A stretch of DNA of 64,000 bases from Deltaproteobacteria bacterium (GCA_029261925.1 JAJDAJ010000054.1:2670-66669), one strand, 5' to 3'. Shown: positions 22,382-33,248, counted from the first letter of the stretch. The notes: generated by a model not told the origin, from the letters alone. Numbers and translations are program-made.

Positions 22382-23224
22382 ATGCGCGCGCGGACGCCTG
22401 AACTCCGGCAGCGGCTGACGCTGCTGCTCGCCGGCCTGCTGGCGGCGCTCGCCCCCACGCCGGGCTGCTCACCGGTGCCGGAGTCGAGCGCGCTCGTGGT
22501 CGCCACCACCACCAGCGTGCGCGACTCGGGCCTGCTCGACGCACTCCTGCCCGACCTCCGGCGCGAGACGGGGCTCGATCCGAAGCTGATCGCCGTGGGC
22601 ACCGGGGCGGCACTGCGGATGGCGCGCGAGGGCGAAGCCGACGTGCTGATCACCCATGCACCCGCCGCGGAGCGGGAGCTGCTCGATGCGGGCGTGCTGT
22701 CGGCACGCACCCCGTTCATGCGCAACTGGTTCGTGATCGCCGGTCCCCACGAGGACCCGGCCGGGATCCGCCGGCGGTCCGCGGTCGCGGCCATCGCCCG
22801 GCTGCGCGAGCAGGGAGCCCCGCTGGTCAGCCGGGCCGACGAGTCCGGCACCCACCTCCGCGAGACGGCGTTGATGCGCGCTGCGGGCATCGATCCATCC
22901 GAGGGCTGGCCCGGGATCATCCGGACCGGCACGGGCATGGGCGCATCTCTTCAGGTCGCAGGTGAGAGACAGGCCTACATCCTTTCCGACCTCGCGACCT
23001 TCCTCGCCTTCGAGCAGCGCACCGGGCTGGCCGTGCTCTCGGAGCGCGATCCGGAGCTCGAGAACGTGTACGCGGTGCTGCGCGTCGCCGGCACCCCGCA
23101 TCCGGAGGCCGCTCTCGCCTTCGAGGCCTTCTGGCTGCACCCCCGGACCCTCGAGCGCATCGGTCGCTTCGGCGTCGAGCGCCACGGCAGATCGCTCTTC
23201 GAGCCCCTGGGCGGGGATGGCTGA
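22382..23224 (+). CDS. tupA: Tungstate ABC transporter substrate-binding protein
   Basis: TTTS tungstate motif, DSGLL, GTGAAL, SRADESGTH. Confidence 0.88.
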   Translation: MRARTPELRQRLTLLLAGLLAALAPTPGCSPVPESSALVVATTTSVRDSGLLDALLPDLRRETGLDPKLIAVGTGAALRMAREGEADVLITHAPAAERELLDAGVLSARTPFMRNWFVIAGPHEDPAGIRRRSAVAAIARLREQGAPLVSRADESGTHLRETALMRAAGIDPSEGWPGIIRTGTGMGASLQVAGERQAYILSDLATFLAFEQRTGLAVLSERDPELENVYAVLRVAGTPHPEAALAFEAFWLHPRTLERIGRFGVERHGRSLFEPLGGDG

Positions 23225-23873
23225 GCCCCGCCTCGCAGAGATCATCGAGATCACCGCCCGCACCCTGGCGGTGTGCGGCAGCGCGCTCGGCCTGGCGCTG
23301 CTCCTGGGTCTGCCGCTCGGGATCTGGCTGGGACGGCGCGCATTCGCGGGACGCGAGGTCCTGGTCAGCCTGGTCAACGCGGGCATGGGCGCGCCCCCGG
23401 TGGTCGTCGGCCTGGCGGTCGTGCTGCTGCTCTGGCGCTCCGGTCCGCTCGGCGGCCTCCAGTGGGCGTACACGCCGCGCGGCATGGTGCTCGCCCAGGT
23501 ACTGATCGCCCTGCCCCTGATCGTGGGCATCACGCTGGCCGCCGTCGCGTCGCTCGACGACGACTGGGAGGCGCAGCTCGCGACGCTGCGCGTGCCCCCG
23601 CGCTGGCGCTGGTGGCTGCTGCTGCGCGAGATCCGCACCGGAGTGCTCGCGGCCGTCATCGCGGGCCTGGGCGGGATCCTCTCCGAGGTGGGTGCGGTGC
23701 AGATGGTCGGCGGCAACATCGCCGGCGAGACCCGCGTGCTCACCACCTCGATCATGATGTACACGCAGACCGGCCAGTTCGAGGTCGCGCTCGGGCTCGC
23801 GGCGGTGCTGCTGGGACTGATGCTGCTGCTCGCCGCCGGGCTCACCGCGGTACAGCTCGGGGGCCGGCGGTGA
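23217..23873 (+). CDS. tupB: Tungstate ABC transporter permease
   Basis: PPVVVGL, SEVGAVQMVGGNI, TRVLTT. Confidence 0.9.
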   Translation: MAEPRLAEIIEITARTLAVCGSALGLALLLGLPLGIWLGRRAFAGREVLVSLVNAGMGAPPVVVGLAVVLLLWRSGPLGGLQWAYTPRGMVLAQVLIALPLIVGITLAAVASLDDDWEAQLATLRVPPRWRWWLLLREIRTGVLAAVIAGLGGILSEVGAVQMVGGNIAGETRVLTTSIMMYTQTGQFEVALGLAAVLLGLMLLLAAGLTAVQLGGRR

Positions 23874-24946
23874 GCGTGGTGCTGCAGGCGTGGGAGCTGC
23901 ACGTCGAGCGCCGCTCGCGGCGCAGCCAGTTCGAGCTGAGCATCGGCTCGCTTCCCCTGTACGCGGGCGAGGTCCTGGTCGTGCTCGGACCCAACGGCGC
24001 GGGCAAGACGACCCTGCTGCGGGCGCTGGCCGGGCTCGACCCGATCCGCGCCGGCCGCATCGAGGGGCCCGGCAGCGGACGCGCCACGCTGGTCTTCCAG
24101 CATCCGCTGGCCTTCGACGGCAGCGTCGAGCACAACGTGCGCGTCGCGCTGCTGGGACAGGGACTCTCGCGGGGCGAGGGCGCCGGCCGCGTCCGCGGGG
24201 CGCTCGAGCGCTTCGGGATCGGCGGCCTGGCCAGCCGGCGAGCGCGGAGCCTGTCGGGCGGCGAGCTGCGCCGGCTGGCCCTGGCGCGCGCCTTCGCGGC
24301 TCGCCCGGCGGCGCTGCTGCTCGACGAGCCCTTCGAGGACCTCGACGCCTCCGCGCAGGACGCCCTCGCCCGCGACCTGCGGCGCGTCGCGGCCGAGACC
24401 TCGCTGGCCGTGGCCCTGGTCACGCACGACCTGCGTCGCGCGGTCGCGGTCTCGGACCGGCTGGCCGTGCTGGAGGCCGGCCGGCTGCTCCAGACCGGCC
24501 CCACGCAGGAGCTGCTCGAGCGGCCCGCCAGCGTTGCCGTCGCCCGCCGCGTGGGCATGACCAACCTGCTGCGCGGGAGGCTCGGCCCCGCGGCAATCGG
24601 AGACGCGCCGCGCGCGCTCGAGATCGACGCCGAGCACCGGCTTCGCGTGCACGACGCCCGGCCCGAAGGCACGCCGGTGGTGGCAGGGATCCGCGCCGAG
24701 CACCTCAAGCTCGACGCCGGTCGCGGTGCCAGCGATCCGGTGGGCAAGGCGCGGGTGCTCGCCCTGGAGTCCGACGGCGTGGTGACGATCGTGCGCCTGA
24801 GCTGGGCGGGCTTCGAGCTGCACACGCACCTGGTGTCCGGCCGCGGCCTGGCGCGGACCCTGCGCCCGGGCGACGCCGTCACGATCGCGGTCCGCCCGGA
24901 CAGCGTCCGCGTGCTCGACGAGCCCGACGCCGCCCTGAAACCTTGA
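23870..24946 (+). CDS. tupC: Tungstate/molybdate ABC ATPase with C-terminal TOBE domain
   Basis: GPNGAGKTT, LSGGE, LLLDEP, VTHD, C-terminal TOBE-like region. Confidence 0.85.
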   Translation: MSVVLQAWELHVERRSRRSQFELSIGSLPLYAGEVLVVLGPNGAGKTTLLRALAGLDPIRAGRIEGPGSGRATLVFQHPLAFDGSVEHNVRVALLGQGLSRGEGAGRVRGALERFGIGGLASRRARSLSGGELRRLALARAFAARPAALLLDEPFEDLDASAQDALARDLRRVAAETSLAVALVTHDLRRAVAVSDRLAVLEAGRLLQTGPTQELLERPASVAVARRVGMTNLLRGRLGPAAIGDAPRALEIDAEHRLRVHDARPEGTPVVAGIRAEHLKLDAGRGASDPVGKARVLALESDGVVTIVRLSWAGFELHTHLVSGRGLARTLRPGDAVTIAVRPDSVRVLDEPDAALKP

Positions 24947-24994
24947 CAGCAGCGGCCCCGTAGAACGACCGTGAGCCTTCACGCAGGAGAAGCC

Positions 24995-26152
24995 ATGTCC
25001 ATCCCGACCCCGTCCGAGGAGGCCGTGCGCGAGCGCTACAGCGCGGCCGCGAGCGCCCCCGAGCCCGCCCTGTGCTGTCCGGTCCAGTACGACGCGCGCT
25101 ACCTGGCGGCGATCCCCGACGAGGTGATCGAGCGCGACTACGGCTGCGGCGACCCGTCGCGCCACGTGCGCGAGGGCGACGTGGTGCTCGACCTGGGCAG
25201 CGGCGGCGGCAAGATCTGCTTCATCGCGTCGCAGATCGTGGGCCCGAAGGGCCACGTGATCGGCGTCGACATGAATGACGAGATGCTCGCGCTGGCACGC
25301 GCGGCCGCGCCCCGGGTCGCCGAGCGCGTGGGTCACGCCAACGTGGAGTTCCGGCGCGCCCGCATCCAGGACCTGGCGCTCGACCTCGACCGCCTCGACG
25401 CACGCCTGGCGCAGCAGCCGGTCACCAGCGCCGCCGCCTGGGCGCAGCTCGGCGAGGAGACCGAGCGCCTGCGCGCCAGCGAGCCCATGATCGCCGACGG
25501 CTCGATCGACATCATCGTCTCCAACTGCGTGCTCAACCTGGTGCGCGAGGCCGACAAGACCGAGCTGGTACGCGAGATGTTCCGCGTGCTGCGGCGCGGC
25601 GGGCGCATCGCCGTCTCCGACATCGTCAGCGACGAGGCGGTTCCCGAGCACCTCAAGCAGGACCCCGAGCTCTGGAGCGGCTGCATCTCGGGCGCGTTCC
25701 AGGAGCGCGAGCTGCTGCGCAGCCTCGAGGACGCCGGCTTCCACGGCATCGCCATCGACCAGCTCGCGGGCGAGCCCTTCGCGGTGGTCGAGGGCATCGA
25801 GTTCCGCTCGGTCACGGTCACCGCGCACAAGGGCAAGCAGGGCCCCTGCTTCGAGGCCAACCAGGCGGTGATGTACGGGGGCCCGTGGCGCCGGGTCGAG
25901 GACGACGACGGACACGTCTTCGAGCGCGGCGAGCGCGCCGCGGTCTGCGCCAAGACCTTCGAGCTGATGACGCGCGAGCCCTACGCCGACCAGATCATCG
26001 GCCTCGAGCCGGCCGAGGCGATCCCGGTCGAGGCGCGCGCACCGTTCGACTGCTCCCGCACCGCGGCGCGGGACCCTCGAGAGACCAAGGGCGGCACCGG
26101 CGCCAGCGTGGTCCAGGACGCCGCCAGCTGCGCTCCGGGAGAGTGCTGCTAG
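24995..26152 (+). CDS. SAM-dependent methyltransferase, arsenite methyltransferase (ArsM/AS3MT)-like
   Basis: [35 protein letters not shown]-terminal ECC. Confidence 0.8.
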   Translation: MSIPTPSEEAVRERYSAAASAPEPALCCPVQYDARYLAAIPDEVIERDYGCGDPSRHVREGDVVLDLGSGGGKICFIASQIVGPKGHVIGVDMNDEMLALARAAAPRVAERVGHANVEFRRARIQDLALDLDRLDARLAQQPVTSAAAWAQLGEETERLRASEPMIADGSIDIIVSNCVLNLVREADKTELVREMFRVLRRGGRIAVSDIVSDEAVPEHLKQDPELWSGCISGAFQERELLRSLEDAGFHGIAIDQLAGEPFAVVEGIEFRSVTVTAHKGKQGPCFEANQAVMYGGPWRRVEDDDGHVFERGERAAVCAKTFELMTREPYADQIIGLEPAEAIPVEARAPFDCSRTAARDPRETKGGTGASVVQDAASCAPGECC

Positions 26153-26164
26153 CGGACCGGCGGC

Positions 26165-26962
26165 CTAGTCCCGGTCGGCGAACTCGATGCTGCGGAACTC
26201 CGGGCGCGGCGACGAGGTGCGCGCCGACACGGCGCCGTCCACGCACCACGCCGCGCCGTTGACATAGCTGGCGTCGTCGGAGCAGAGGAACGCGATCACC
26301 GCGGCGATCTCGTCCGGACGCCCCAGCCGACCCTGCGGGATCTGGCGCTCGAAGGTCTCGCGGCTCGCGATCGTGTCCAGCCAGCCGCGCAGGGAGTCGG
26401 TCTCGATGGGCCCCGGCAGCACGCAGCACACGCGGATGCCCGCCGCGGCGTTCTCGACGGCGGCGGTGCGGGTCAGGTTGACCACGGCCGCCTTGGCCGC
26501 GCCGTACGCGCCGAGCCCGACCTCGCCGCCGAGCGCGGCACCCGACGACACGTTCACGATCACCCCGCGGCCCGCCGGGCGCATCACCCGCAGCGCCGCC
26601 CGCAGCCCGCGGAAGGTGCCGTCGAGCGTGCCGCTCATGACCTCCCGCCAGCCCTCGTCGTCCACGTCGGCCAGCGCTCCGCCCCCCACGATGGCGGCAT
26701 TGTTGACCAGGCCATCGAGCCGGCCGTGGCGCGCCAGCGCTGCATCCACCGCTCGGTCGAAGGCCCCGGGGTCGCGGATGTCGAGCACGCCGGCGCGGGC
26801 GGCCGCCCCCGCAGCCGTCGCGGTGGCCCGCGCAGCCTCCGGGTCGACATCGGTGACCTCCACCCGGGCTCCCGCACCCGCCAGCCGCAGCGCCGTGGCC
26901 CGACCGATCCCCGCCCCCGCGCCGGTCACCAGGAACACCCGATCCTCGAGCCCGCCGGGCAT
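26165..26962 (-). CDS. Short-chain dehydrogenase/reductase
   Basis: TGAGAGIG, NNAA, YGAAK, PGPIET. Confidence 0.92.
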   Translation of the reverse strand: MPGGLEDRVFLVTGAGAGIGRATALRLAGAGARVEVTDVDPEAARATATAAGAAARAGVLDIRDPGAFDRAVDAALARHGRLDGLVNNAAIVGGGALADVDDEGWREVMSGTLDGTFRGLRAALRVMRPAGRGVIVNVSSGAALGGEVGLGAYGAAKAAVVNLTRTAAVENAAAGIRVCCVLPGPIETDSLRGWLDTIASRETFERQIPQGRLGRPDEIAAVIAFLCSDDASYVNGAAWCVDGAVSARTSSPRPEFRSIEFADRD

Positions 26963-26996
26963 GTCCGGTCCTCCATGAATGCGGCCGACAGCGGGC

Positions 26997-27024
26997 TTGA
27001 CAGCGCTGTCAGCATCTTTACGAT
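26997..27024 (+). promoter_or_regulatory. Sigma70 promoter overlapped by a perfect 14-bp LacI-type palindrome
   Basis: TTGACA-N16-TACGAT; TGACAGCGCTGTCA at 26998-27011. Confidence 0.65.
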
Positions 27025-27070
27025 CCGCCTCGCCGGTCCCCGCCGGGCCAGCATCCTGCCGGAGGATCGC

Positions 27071-28099
27071 ATGACCGACCCCCGCCTGCGTGCCGCGCAG
27101 CAGGCCGTGTCCGACGCGTGTCGCGTCTGCCGCCACGTCCAGGGCGAGATCGCGGAGCTGCGCGCCGAGCTCAAGGACGATCGCAGTCCCGTGACCGTCG
27201 CCGACTGGGCCAGCCAGGCCGTGGTGGTGATGCGCCTGCGCGAGCTGCTCGGCGACGAGGTCGTGATCGGCGAGGAGGACGCCAGCGCGCTGCGCGACGA
27301 CCGCGCCAGCGGTCTGCGCGAGCACGTGCTCGAGAGCGTGCGCCTGGTGCGGCCCGACGCCGGGCTCGACGAGGTGCTCGACGCGATCGGCTGGGCCGGT
27401 CCGACCTCCGACGAGGCCGGATCGCGCGCCTTCTGGACGCTGGATCCGATCGACGGCACCAAGGGCTTCCTGCGCGGCGAGCAGTACGCCGTGAGCCTGG
27501 GCTGGATCGAGGACGGCCAGCCGCGCGTCGGCGCGCTCGGCTGCCCGAACCTGTCGCCCGACTTCGCACGACCCTTCGACGATCCCGATGCGCACGGGCT
27601 GATCTTCTCCGCCGTCCACGACACCGGCGTGGTCGAGGTCCCTGCCGACCGGCCGGAGGCCGACCCGGTGCCGCTGCGGCGCCTCGAGCGCATCGACGGC
27701 GACGCCGCGCGCATCTGCCAGAGCGTGGAGAAGGCGCACACCAACCGGAGCTCCACGCAGCAGGTACTCGACCACCTCGGAATCGAGACCACTCCCGCCC
27801 GGCTCGACAGCCAGGCCAAGTACGCCGTCGTCGCCCGGCGTCAGGCGGATGCCTACATGCGCATGCCGTCGAGCCCCGGGTACATCGAGCGAATCTGGGA
27901 CCACGCCGCGGGCTCCCTGGTCGCGCAGGAAGCCGGCGCCACGGTGACGGACATCCGCGGACGCCGGCTCGACTTCGGGCAGGGGCGGGGCCTCGAGAAG
28001 AACCTGGGTGTGGTCTGCGCGGCGCCAGCGCTGCACGGACCGCTGATCGGAGCCATCGCGGAGCTCGGGCTCGACGAGCCCGCCGGAGAGAGCAAATGA
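27071..28099 (+). CDS. 3'(2'),5'-bisphosphate nucleotidase, HAL2/MET22 type
   Basis: [56 protein letters not shown]. Confidence 0.92.
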   Translation: MTDPRLRAAQQAVSDACRVCRHVQGEIAELRAELKDDRSPVTVADWASQAVVVMRLRELLGDEVVIGEEDASALRDDRASGLREHVLESVRLVRPDAGLDEVLDAIGWAGPTSDEAGSRAFWTLDPIDGTKGFLRGEQYAVSLGWIEDGQPRVGALGCPNLSPDFARPFDDPDAHGLIFSAVHDTGVVEVPADRPEADPVPLRRLERIDGDAARICQSVEKAHTNRSSTQQVLDHLGIETTPARLDSQAKYAVVARRQADAYMRMPSSPGYIERIWDHAAGSLVAQEAGATVTDIRGRRLDFGQGRGLEKNLGVVCAAPALHGPLIGAIAELGLDEPAGESK

Positions 28100-29004
28100 G
28101 CAGCTACAACCTGACCCACCTCAAGCAGCTCGAGGCGGAGTCGATCCACATCATGCGTGAGGTCGTCGCCGAGTTCAGCAACCCGGTGATGCTGTACTCG
28201 ATCGGCAAGGACTCCTCGGTTCTCGCCCACCTGGCCCGCAAGGCCTTCCACCCGGCTCCGCCGCCGTTCCCGCTGCTCCACGTCGACACGACGTTCAAGT
28301 TCCAGGACATGTACCGGTTCCGGGACAGCTACGCGAAGGAGCACGACCTCAAGCTGATCGTGCACACCAACCAGCAGGGCGTGAAGGACGGCATCAACCC
28401 GTTCGACCATGGCTCGAGTGCGTACACGAACATCATGAAGACGCAGGCGCTGCTCCAGGCGCTCGGACAGGGCGCCTACGACGCGGCGTTCGGGGGCGCG
28501 CGACGCGACGAGGAGAAGTCCCGCGCCAAGGAGCGCGTGTACTCCTTCCGCGACTCCAACCACCAGTGGGACCCGAAGAACCAGCGCCCCGAGCTCTGGA
28601 GCCTGTACAACGGCCGCGTCAAGAAGGGCGAGTCGATCCGGGTCTTCCCGATGTCGAACTGGACCGAGCTCGACGTCTGGCAGTACATCTACCTGGAGGA
28701 CATCCCGATCGTGCCGCTGTACCTGGCGGCCGAGCGACCCGTGGTCGAGCGCGAGGGCAACCTGATCATGGTGGACGACGACCGCCTGCCGCTGCACCCC
28801 GGCGAGAAGCCGCAGATGCGCAAGGTCCGCTTCCGCACGCTGGGCTGCTACCCGCTCTCGGGCGCGATCGAGTCCGAAGCCGATACGCTGCCGAAGATCA
28901 TCCAGGAGATGCTGCTGACCAAGGTCTCCGAGCGCCAGGGTCGAGTCATCGACTACGACGAGGTGGCCTCGATGGAGCGCAAGAAGCGCGAGGGGTACTT
29001 CTAG
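28096..29004 (+). CDS. cysD: Sulfate adenylyltransferase subunit 2
   Basis: [51 protein letters not shown]. Confidence 0.98.
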   Translation: MSSYNLTHLKQLEAESIHIMREVVAEFSNPVMLYSIGKDSSVLAHLARKAFHPAPPPFPLLHVDTTFKFQDMYRFRDSYAKEHDLKLIVHTNQQGVKDGINPFDHGSSAYTNIMKTQALLQALGQGAYDAAFGGARRDEEKSRAKERVYSFRDSNHQWDPKNQRPELWSLYNGRVKKGESIRVFPMSNWTELDVWQYIYLEDIPIVPLYLAAERPVVEREGNLIMVDDDRLPLHPGEKPQMRKVRFRTLGCYPLSGAIESEADTLPKIIQEMLLTKVSERQGRVIDYDEVASMERKKREGYF

Positions 29005-30932
29005 TGGAGATCGTGGAGCAGGAGCTGATCGAGCGCGACATCGAGGCGTACCTGTCGCGGCACGAGCACAAGGAGCTGCTGCGCTTCCTGACCTGCGGGA
29101 GCGTCGACGACGGCAAGAGCACCCTGATCGGGCGCCTGCTGCACGACACGAAGCTGATCTACGAGGACCAGCTGGCCGCGATCCAGCGCGACAGTGCGCG
29201 CGAGGGGTCCTCGGGCGGCGAGGTCGACCTGGCCCTGCTGGTGGACGGCCTGCAGGCCGAGCGCGAGCAGGGCATCACGATCGACGTGGCCTACCGCTAC
29301 TTCTCGACCGAGAAGCGCAAGTTCATCATCGCGGACACCCCGGGCCACGAGCAGTACACGCGCAACATGGCCACGGGGGCCTCCACCTGCGACCTGGCGA
29401 TCATCCTGATCGACGCGCGGCACGGCGTGCTGCCGCAGACCAAGCGGCACAGCTTCATCGTGTCGCTGCTCGGGATCCGTCACGTGGTCGTCGCGATCAA
29501 CAAGATGGACCTGGTGGGCCACGACGAGGAGGTCTACGACCGCATCCGCCGGGACTACCTGGAGTTCGCGGCGCGCCTCGAGATCCCCGACGTGCGCTTC
29601 TTTCCGATCTCCGCACTCGAGGGCGACAACGTTGTCGAGCCCAGCACGAAGATGGACTGGTACAAGCAGGGCCCGCTGCTGTCCTACCTGGAGACCGTGC
29701 ACATCGGCTCCGACCGGAACATGATCGACCTCCGGCTGCCCGTGCAGTACGTGATCCGCCCCGACCTGAACTTCCGCGGGTACGCCGGCACGGTCGCCTC
29801 GGGCATCGTTCGCCCGGGAGACGAGATCCAGGCGCTGCCCAGCGGCGTGCGCAGCCGGGTCAAGGGGGTCCACACCTTCGACGGTCCCCTCGACGAGGCC
29901 TTCCCGCCGCTGGCGGTGGCGGTCACGCTCGAGGACGAGATCGACGTGAGTCGCGGCGACATGCTCGTGCATCCCGGCAACCAGCCGCGCGTGGGCCGCG
30001 ACATCGAGGCCATGCTGGTCTGGATGGGCCAGGAGCCCATGAAGCCCGGGCACCCCTACTTCATCAAGCACGCCACGAGCATGATCGGCGGCAGCATCAG
30101 CGAGCTGCGCTACCGCGTCGACGTGAACACGCTCCACCGCGAGCCGGCCCAGGAGCTCCAGCTCAACGAGGTCGGCCGCGTGCGGGTCGCCCTGAGCCGC
30201 GCGATCGCGTACGACCCGTACCGCAAGAATCGCGTCACCGGGGCGTTCATCGTCATCGACCGCGTCACCAACGGGACCGTGGGCGCCGGGATGATCGTGG
30301 ACCGGGGCGCCGACGTGAGCGGCTGGGACGCCGAGCCGGCGGGCGAGCTGGCCGAGCACTTCAGCCCGGTCAGCCAGGCGGAGCGCGAGGAGCGCTACGG
30401 CCAGCGCGCCGCCACCGTGCTGCTGACGGGCCTGACGGGCGCCGGCAAGACCACGATCGCTCACCAGCTCGAGCGCCGGCTCTTCGACGCGGGCCGGCAC
30501 GTCACCGTGCTCGACGGCGAGAACCTGCGCCGGGGCATCAGCCGTGACCTGGGCTTCAGCGGCCGGGAGCGCTCCGAGAACATGCGCCGCGCCGCGGAGC
30601 TGGCGCGCGTCCTCAACGAGTCCGGAGCGATCTGCATTTGCGCGATGACCGCCCCCGACGCGGGGGTGCGCGGCCTGGCGCGCGAGCGCGTGGGCGCGGA
30701 GCGCTGGATCGAGATCCACCTCGACGCGCCGCTGGAGGTCTGCCGGGCCCGGGCGCCGGAGATCTACGCCCGCGCCGACGCCGGCGAGATCGCCTCGCTG
30801 CCCGGCCTGAGCGGGCCCTACGAGGCACCCGGAGAGCCGGACCTGCGTCTCGCGACCGACCAGCAGCCGGTGGATGCCTGCGTGGACGCCATCGTCCGGG
30901 TCCTCCAGCGGCGCGGGGTCATCGAGGGCTAG
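29004..30932 (+). CDS. cysNC: Bifunctional sulfate adenylyltransferase subunit 1 / APS kinase
   Basis: [42 protein letters not shown]; C-terminal [10 protein letters not shown] kinase domain. Confidence 0.96.
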   Translation: MEIVEQELIERDIEAYLSRHEHKELLRFLTCGSVDDGKSTLIGRLLHDTKLIYEDQLAAIQRDSAREGSSGGEVDLALLVDGLQAEREQGITIDVAYRYFSTEKRKFIIADTPGHEQYTRNMATGASTCDLAIILIDARHGVLPQTKRHSFIVSLLGIRHVVVAINKMDLVGHDEEVYDRIRRDYLEFAARLEIPDVRFFPISALEGDNVVEPSTKMDWYKQGPLLSYLETVHIGSDRNMIDLRLPVQYVIRPDLNFRGYAGTVASGIVRPGDEIQALPSGVRSRVKGVHTFDGPLDEAFPPLAVAVTLEDEIDVSRGDMLVHPGNQPRVGRDIEAMLVWMGQEPMKPGHPYFIKHATSMIGGSISELRYRVDVNTLHREPAQELQLNEVGRVRVALSRAIAYDPYRKNRVTGAFIVIDRVTNGTVGAGMIVDRGADVSGWDAEPAGELAEHFSPVSQAEREERYGQRAATVLLTGLTGAGKTTIAHQLERRLFDAGRHVTVLDGENLRRGISRDLGFSGRERSENMRRAAELARVLNESGAICICAMTAPDAGVRGLARERVGAERWIEIHLDAPLEVCRARAPEIYARADAGEIASLPGLSGPYEAPGEPDLRLATDQQPVDACVDAIVRVLQRRGVIEG

Positions 30933-30997
30933 CCACCGGCGATCCCGGAGCTACCGTCAAGCGAATTCCGGCGGCGCCCGATGCGTCGCTCCAGACG

Positions 30998-31966
30998 ATG
31001 GCCCCGGATCGCCCGCAACGCGCAGCCCAGCCCGTCGGCTCCAAGGCCGGCTTCACCATGGTGGAGCTGCTGGTCGCCGTGGTGCTCATGAGCGTCCTGC
31101 TGGTCATGGTGCTCGCCCTGTTCCGCTTCCTGCAGGATTCCGCCGAGCGCATCGACGGCGGGCGCCACCGCGAGCGCGCCGCGCGGATCGTCCTGGACCG
31201 CCTCGAGCAGGAGCTCACCGGCGCCATGCTGGTGCGCCGCGCGGAGGGCTCCGACCCCCTCGCCCATCCCTGGCTCTTCTACGGGGTGGACAGCACGATC
31301 GACGGCGACGACGCCGACCAGCTCCGCTTCGTCACGCAGACCCCGCTCCGCGGGCCCGGAGAGCGCTTCGGGCGAGGTGTGCGCCTGGTCACCTACGCGC
31401 TCGACCTCGACACCGAGGGACGACGGGTGCTCCTGCGGCGCGAGGAGCCCCTGCCCGACCAGCTCGAGAAGGCAATCGACGTGAACGACGCCCAGGTCGT
31501 CGCCCGCGACGTCCACAGCTTCGATCTCGCCTACGCCGGCAGCAGCGGGGGCGACTGGGACTCCACGAGCGTCCAGCAGAGCGACCAGCTCCCCGAGGTC
31601 GTGGAGGTGCGCGTCAGCCTTCTCGAGCGCCTGCGCGACGGCCAGCTCGTGCCCGGCACCCTGGCCTATCGCACCATCGAGCTACCGACCCGCCCCGAGT
31701 ACTTCGACCCACCCGACGGCAGCGGCGCCGGCGCGTGCGAGACCGGAGCGTCGGTGGCCGAGTGCCGGGAGCCGTGGCTGGCGATCATCACCCAGCTCGA
31801 AGACGCCCTCACCACGGAGGACATGGAGACCTCCTTCGCCGCCGTCACCGATGCGTGCTGGCAGAGCGACGACCCCAGCGATGAGCTGTATGACCTGCAG
31901 CTCTACATCAAGGCCAGCATCGTGTCGCTCGACAACCCCGAGGTCCCCGACTGCCCCCTGCCCTAG
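30998..31966 (+). CDS. Prepilin-type N-terminal cleavage/methylation protein (GspJ/PulJ-like pseudopilin)
   Basis: KAG|FTMVELLVAVVLMSVLL, LPEVVEVRVSL; Cys-containing C-terminal extension. Confidence 0.8.
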   Translation: MAPDRPQRAAQPVGSKAGFTMVELLVAVVLMSVLLVMVLALFRFLQDSAERIDGGRHRERAARIVLDRLEQELTGAMLVRRAEGSDPLAHPWLFYGVDSTIDGDDADQLRFVTQTPLRGPGERFGRGVRLVTYALDLDTEGRRVLLRREEPLPDQLEKAIDVNDAQVVARDVHSFDLAYAGSSGGDWDSTSVQQSDQLPEVVEVRVSLLERLRDGQLVPGTLAYRTIELPTRPEYFDPPDGSGAGACETGASVAECREPWLAIITQLEDALTTEDMETSFAAVTDACWQSDDPSDELYDLQLYIKASIVSLDNPEVPDCPLP

Positions 31967-31973
31967 AGGACGG

Positions 31974-33047
31974 TCAGGGGAAGACGGGCGTGGGATTCCG
32001 CGCGCAGTAGGCCGGGGCGCCGAAGATCTTCGCGTTGACGCCGAGGATGTCCGCGACGTTGCAGAGCCCGTCGTCGTTGGTGTCGCAGAGCGGCGTCTCC
32101 GCCTCGAGCTCGAAGATCACCCGGTTGATCGCCAGGATGTCGTTGACGTTCACGAACCCGTCGCCCGTCTGATCCCCACACTCGCAGTCGTTCCCGATCC
32201 CGTTCCCGTCGGCATCCAGCAGGCTGTTGCCCCCGAACTGCGGGCAGAGGTCCTCCCGGTCCACCTCTCCGTCCCCGTCCGTGTCGAACGCCGGCGTGGC
32301 GGCATCGAGATCCGCGAAGAGCCAGTTGGCGTGCGTCGCCGTCCCGTCGTAGCTCTTGCTCCAGACCCCCGTCGCCGGATCGTAGAAGAGCAGATCATCG
32401 TCGGCGTACGTGATGCCCCCGACGCTCCCGCCGGTGCCGAAGGAGGCCACCAGAGCGCCCGTGGTCGACATGAAGTGCAGCGCATCGAGGTCGTTCATGA
32501 AGTCGATGCCGAGCGCAGACGTGTCGGTGTACAGCGTCAGCTCCTGCCCGTCCCAGCGAGCCACATCCTCGTCCGCGATGATCTGGCCATTCACGGCAAT
32601 CGAGATGTCGAACGACAGGAAGATGTCACTCCCGTGCACGAAGACAGCGTCGACATCCGCCTGCGTCGGAACGCCGGCCGCCAGCCCATCAAAGATCTTC
32701 TCGTATGCCGCACCCTGGCGCCGAACCACGTCATCGTCCCGGACGAACATCATCCCGCCACCCACCGCCGGAAGGTCCACCGCGATATCGAGCGAGATCA
32801 CATCGTTGCCATCGGCATCGAAAGAGTGTGCGTCGACGTCTGCAAAATGGGTCACATCCGGCAGATCGCCGACCAGGATCGGATTCACCAGGTCGTCTAC
32901 GCCAATCTGGTCATCCCGCAAGTTGACGCCCGACAACTCGACCATGATGTCGGACGAGAAATCGAGGACGACGAGAGGCTCGGCTCTTGCCGCAACAGAT
33001 AGACTCGTAGCCCAAGCCATCAAAAAAGCGCCCAGCGTCCGGTACAT
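31974..33047 (-). CDS. Secreted acidic protein with thrombospondin-3-like and dockerin-like Ca-binding C-terminus
   Basis: Signal peptide; repeated DVDA..SFD units; DTDGDGEVDREDLCP, DADGNGIGNDC, GDQTGDGFVNVNDI and CDTNDDGLCNVADI. Confidence 0.75.
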   Translation of the reverse strand: MYRTLGAFLMAWATSLSVAARAEPLVVLDFSSDIMVELSGVNLRDDQIGVDDLVNPILVGDLPDVTHFADVDAHSFDADGNDVISLDIAVDLPAVGGGMMFVRDDDVVRRQGAAYEKIFDGLAAGVPTQADVDAVFVHGSDIFLSFDISIAVNGQIIADEDVARWDGQELTLYTDTSALGIDFMNDLDALHFMSTTGALVASFGTGGSVGGITYADDDLLFYDPATGVWSKSYDGTATHANWLFADLDAATPAFDTDGDGEVDREDLCPQFGGNSLLDADGNGIGNDCECGDQTGDGFVNVNDILAINRVIFELEAETPLCDTNDDGLCNVADILGVNAKIFGAPAYCARNPTPVFP

Positions 33048-33248
33048 GCCCTGCCCTCCTCAACCTGCCATCCACAGGGTACCAAGGAACGAAGAAGCGG
33101 TCCCTATGAATCACGGGTCGCGCTCCCGCCGCCGACTCCGGGCATTCCTCCCTCTTGGCCAAATGCGAGAACCCGCTGCCAGCAGGGCCCATTGACGGAC
33201 AAGTTGCCAGGAGATCTCACCACCCCATCCGGGCTAGGATCGCGCGCG

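Noticed and set aside
24943-24966. TTGACA upstream of the methyltransferase
   Set aside because: No -10 element at 16-18 bp spacing.
14748-25915. Very long overlapping/antisense ORFs (e.g. 14748-18275 +, 19473-22367 +, 22469-25915 -)
   Set aside because: Shadow frames of well-supported genes in high-GC DNA, with no recognisable motifs. Only the 3' end of 19473-22367 is real (the VOC gene).
31741-31753. TGAS motif in the pseudopilin (and SGAT in the 941-1765 protein) as flavinylation sites
   Set aside because: Short motif expected by chance, and neither gene is linked to apbE.
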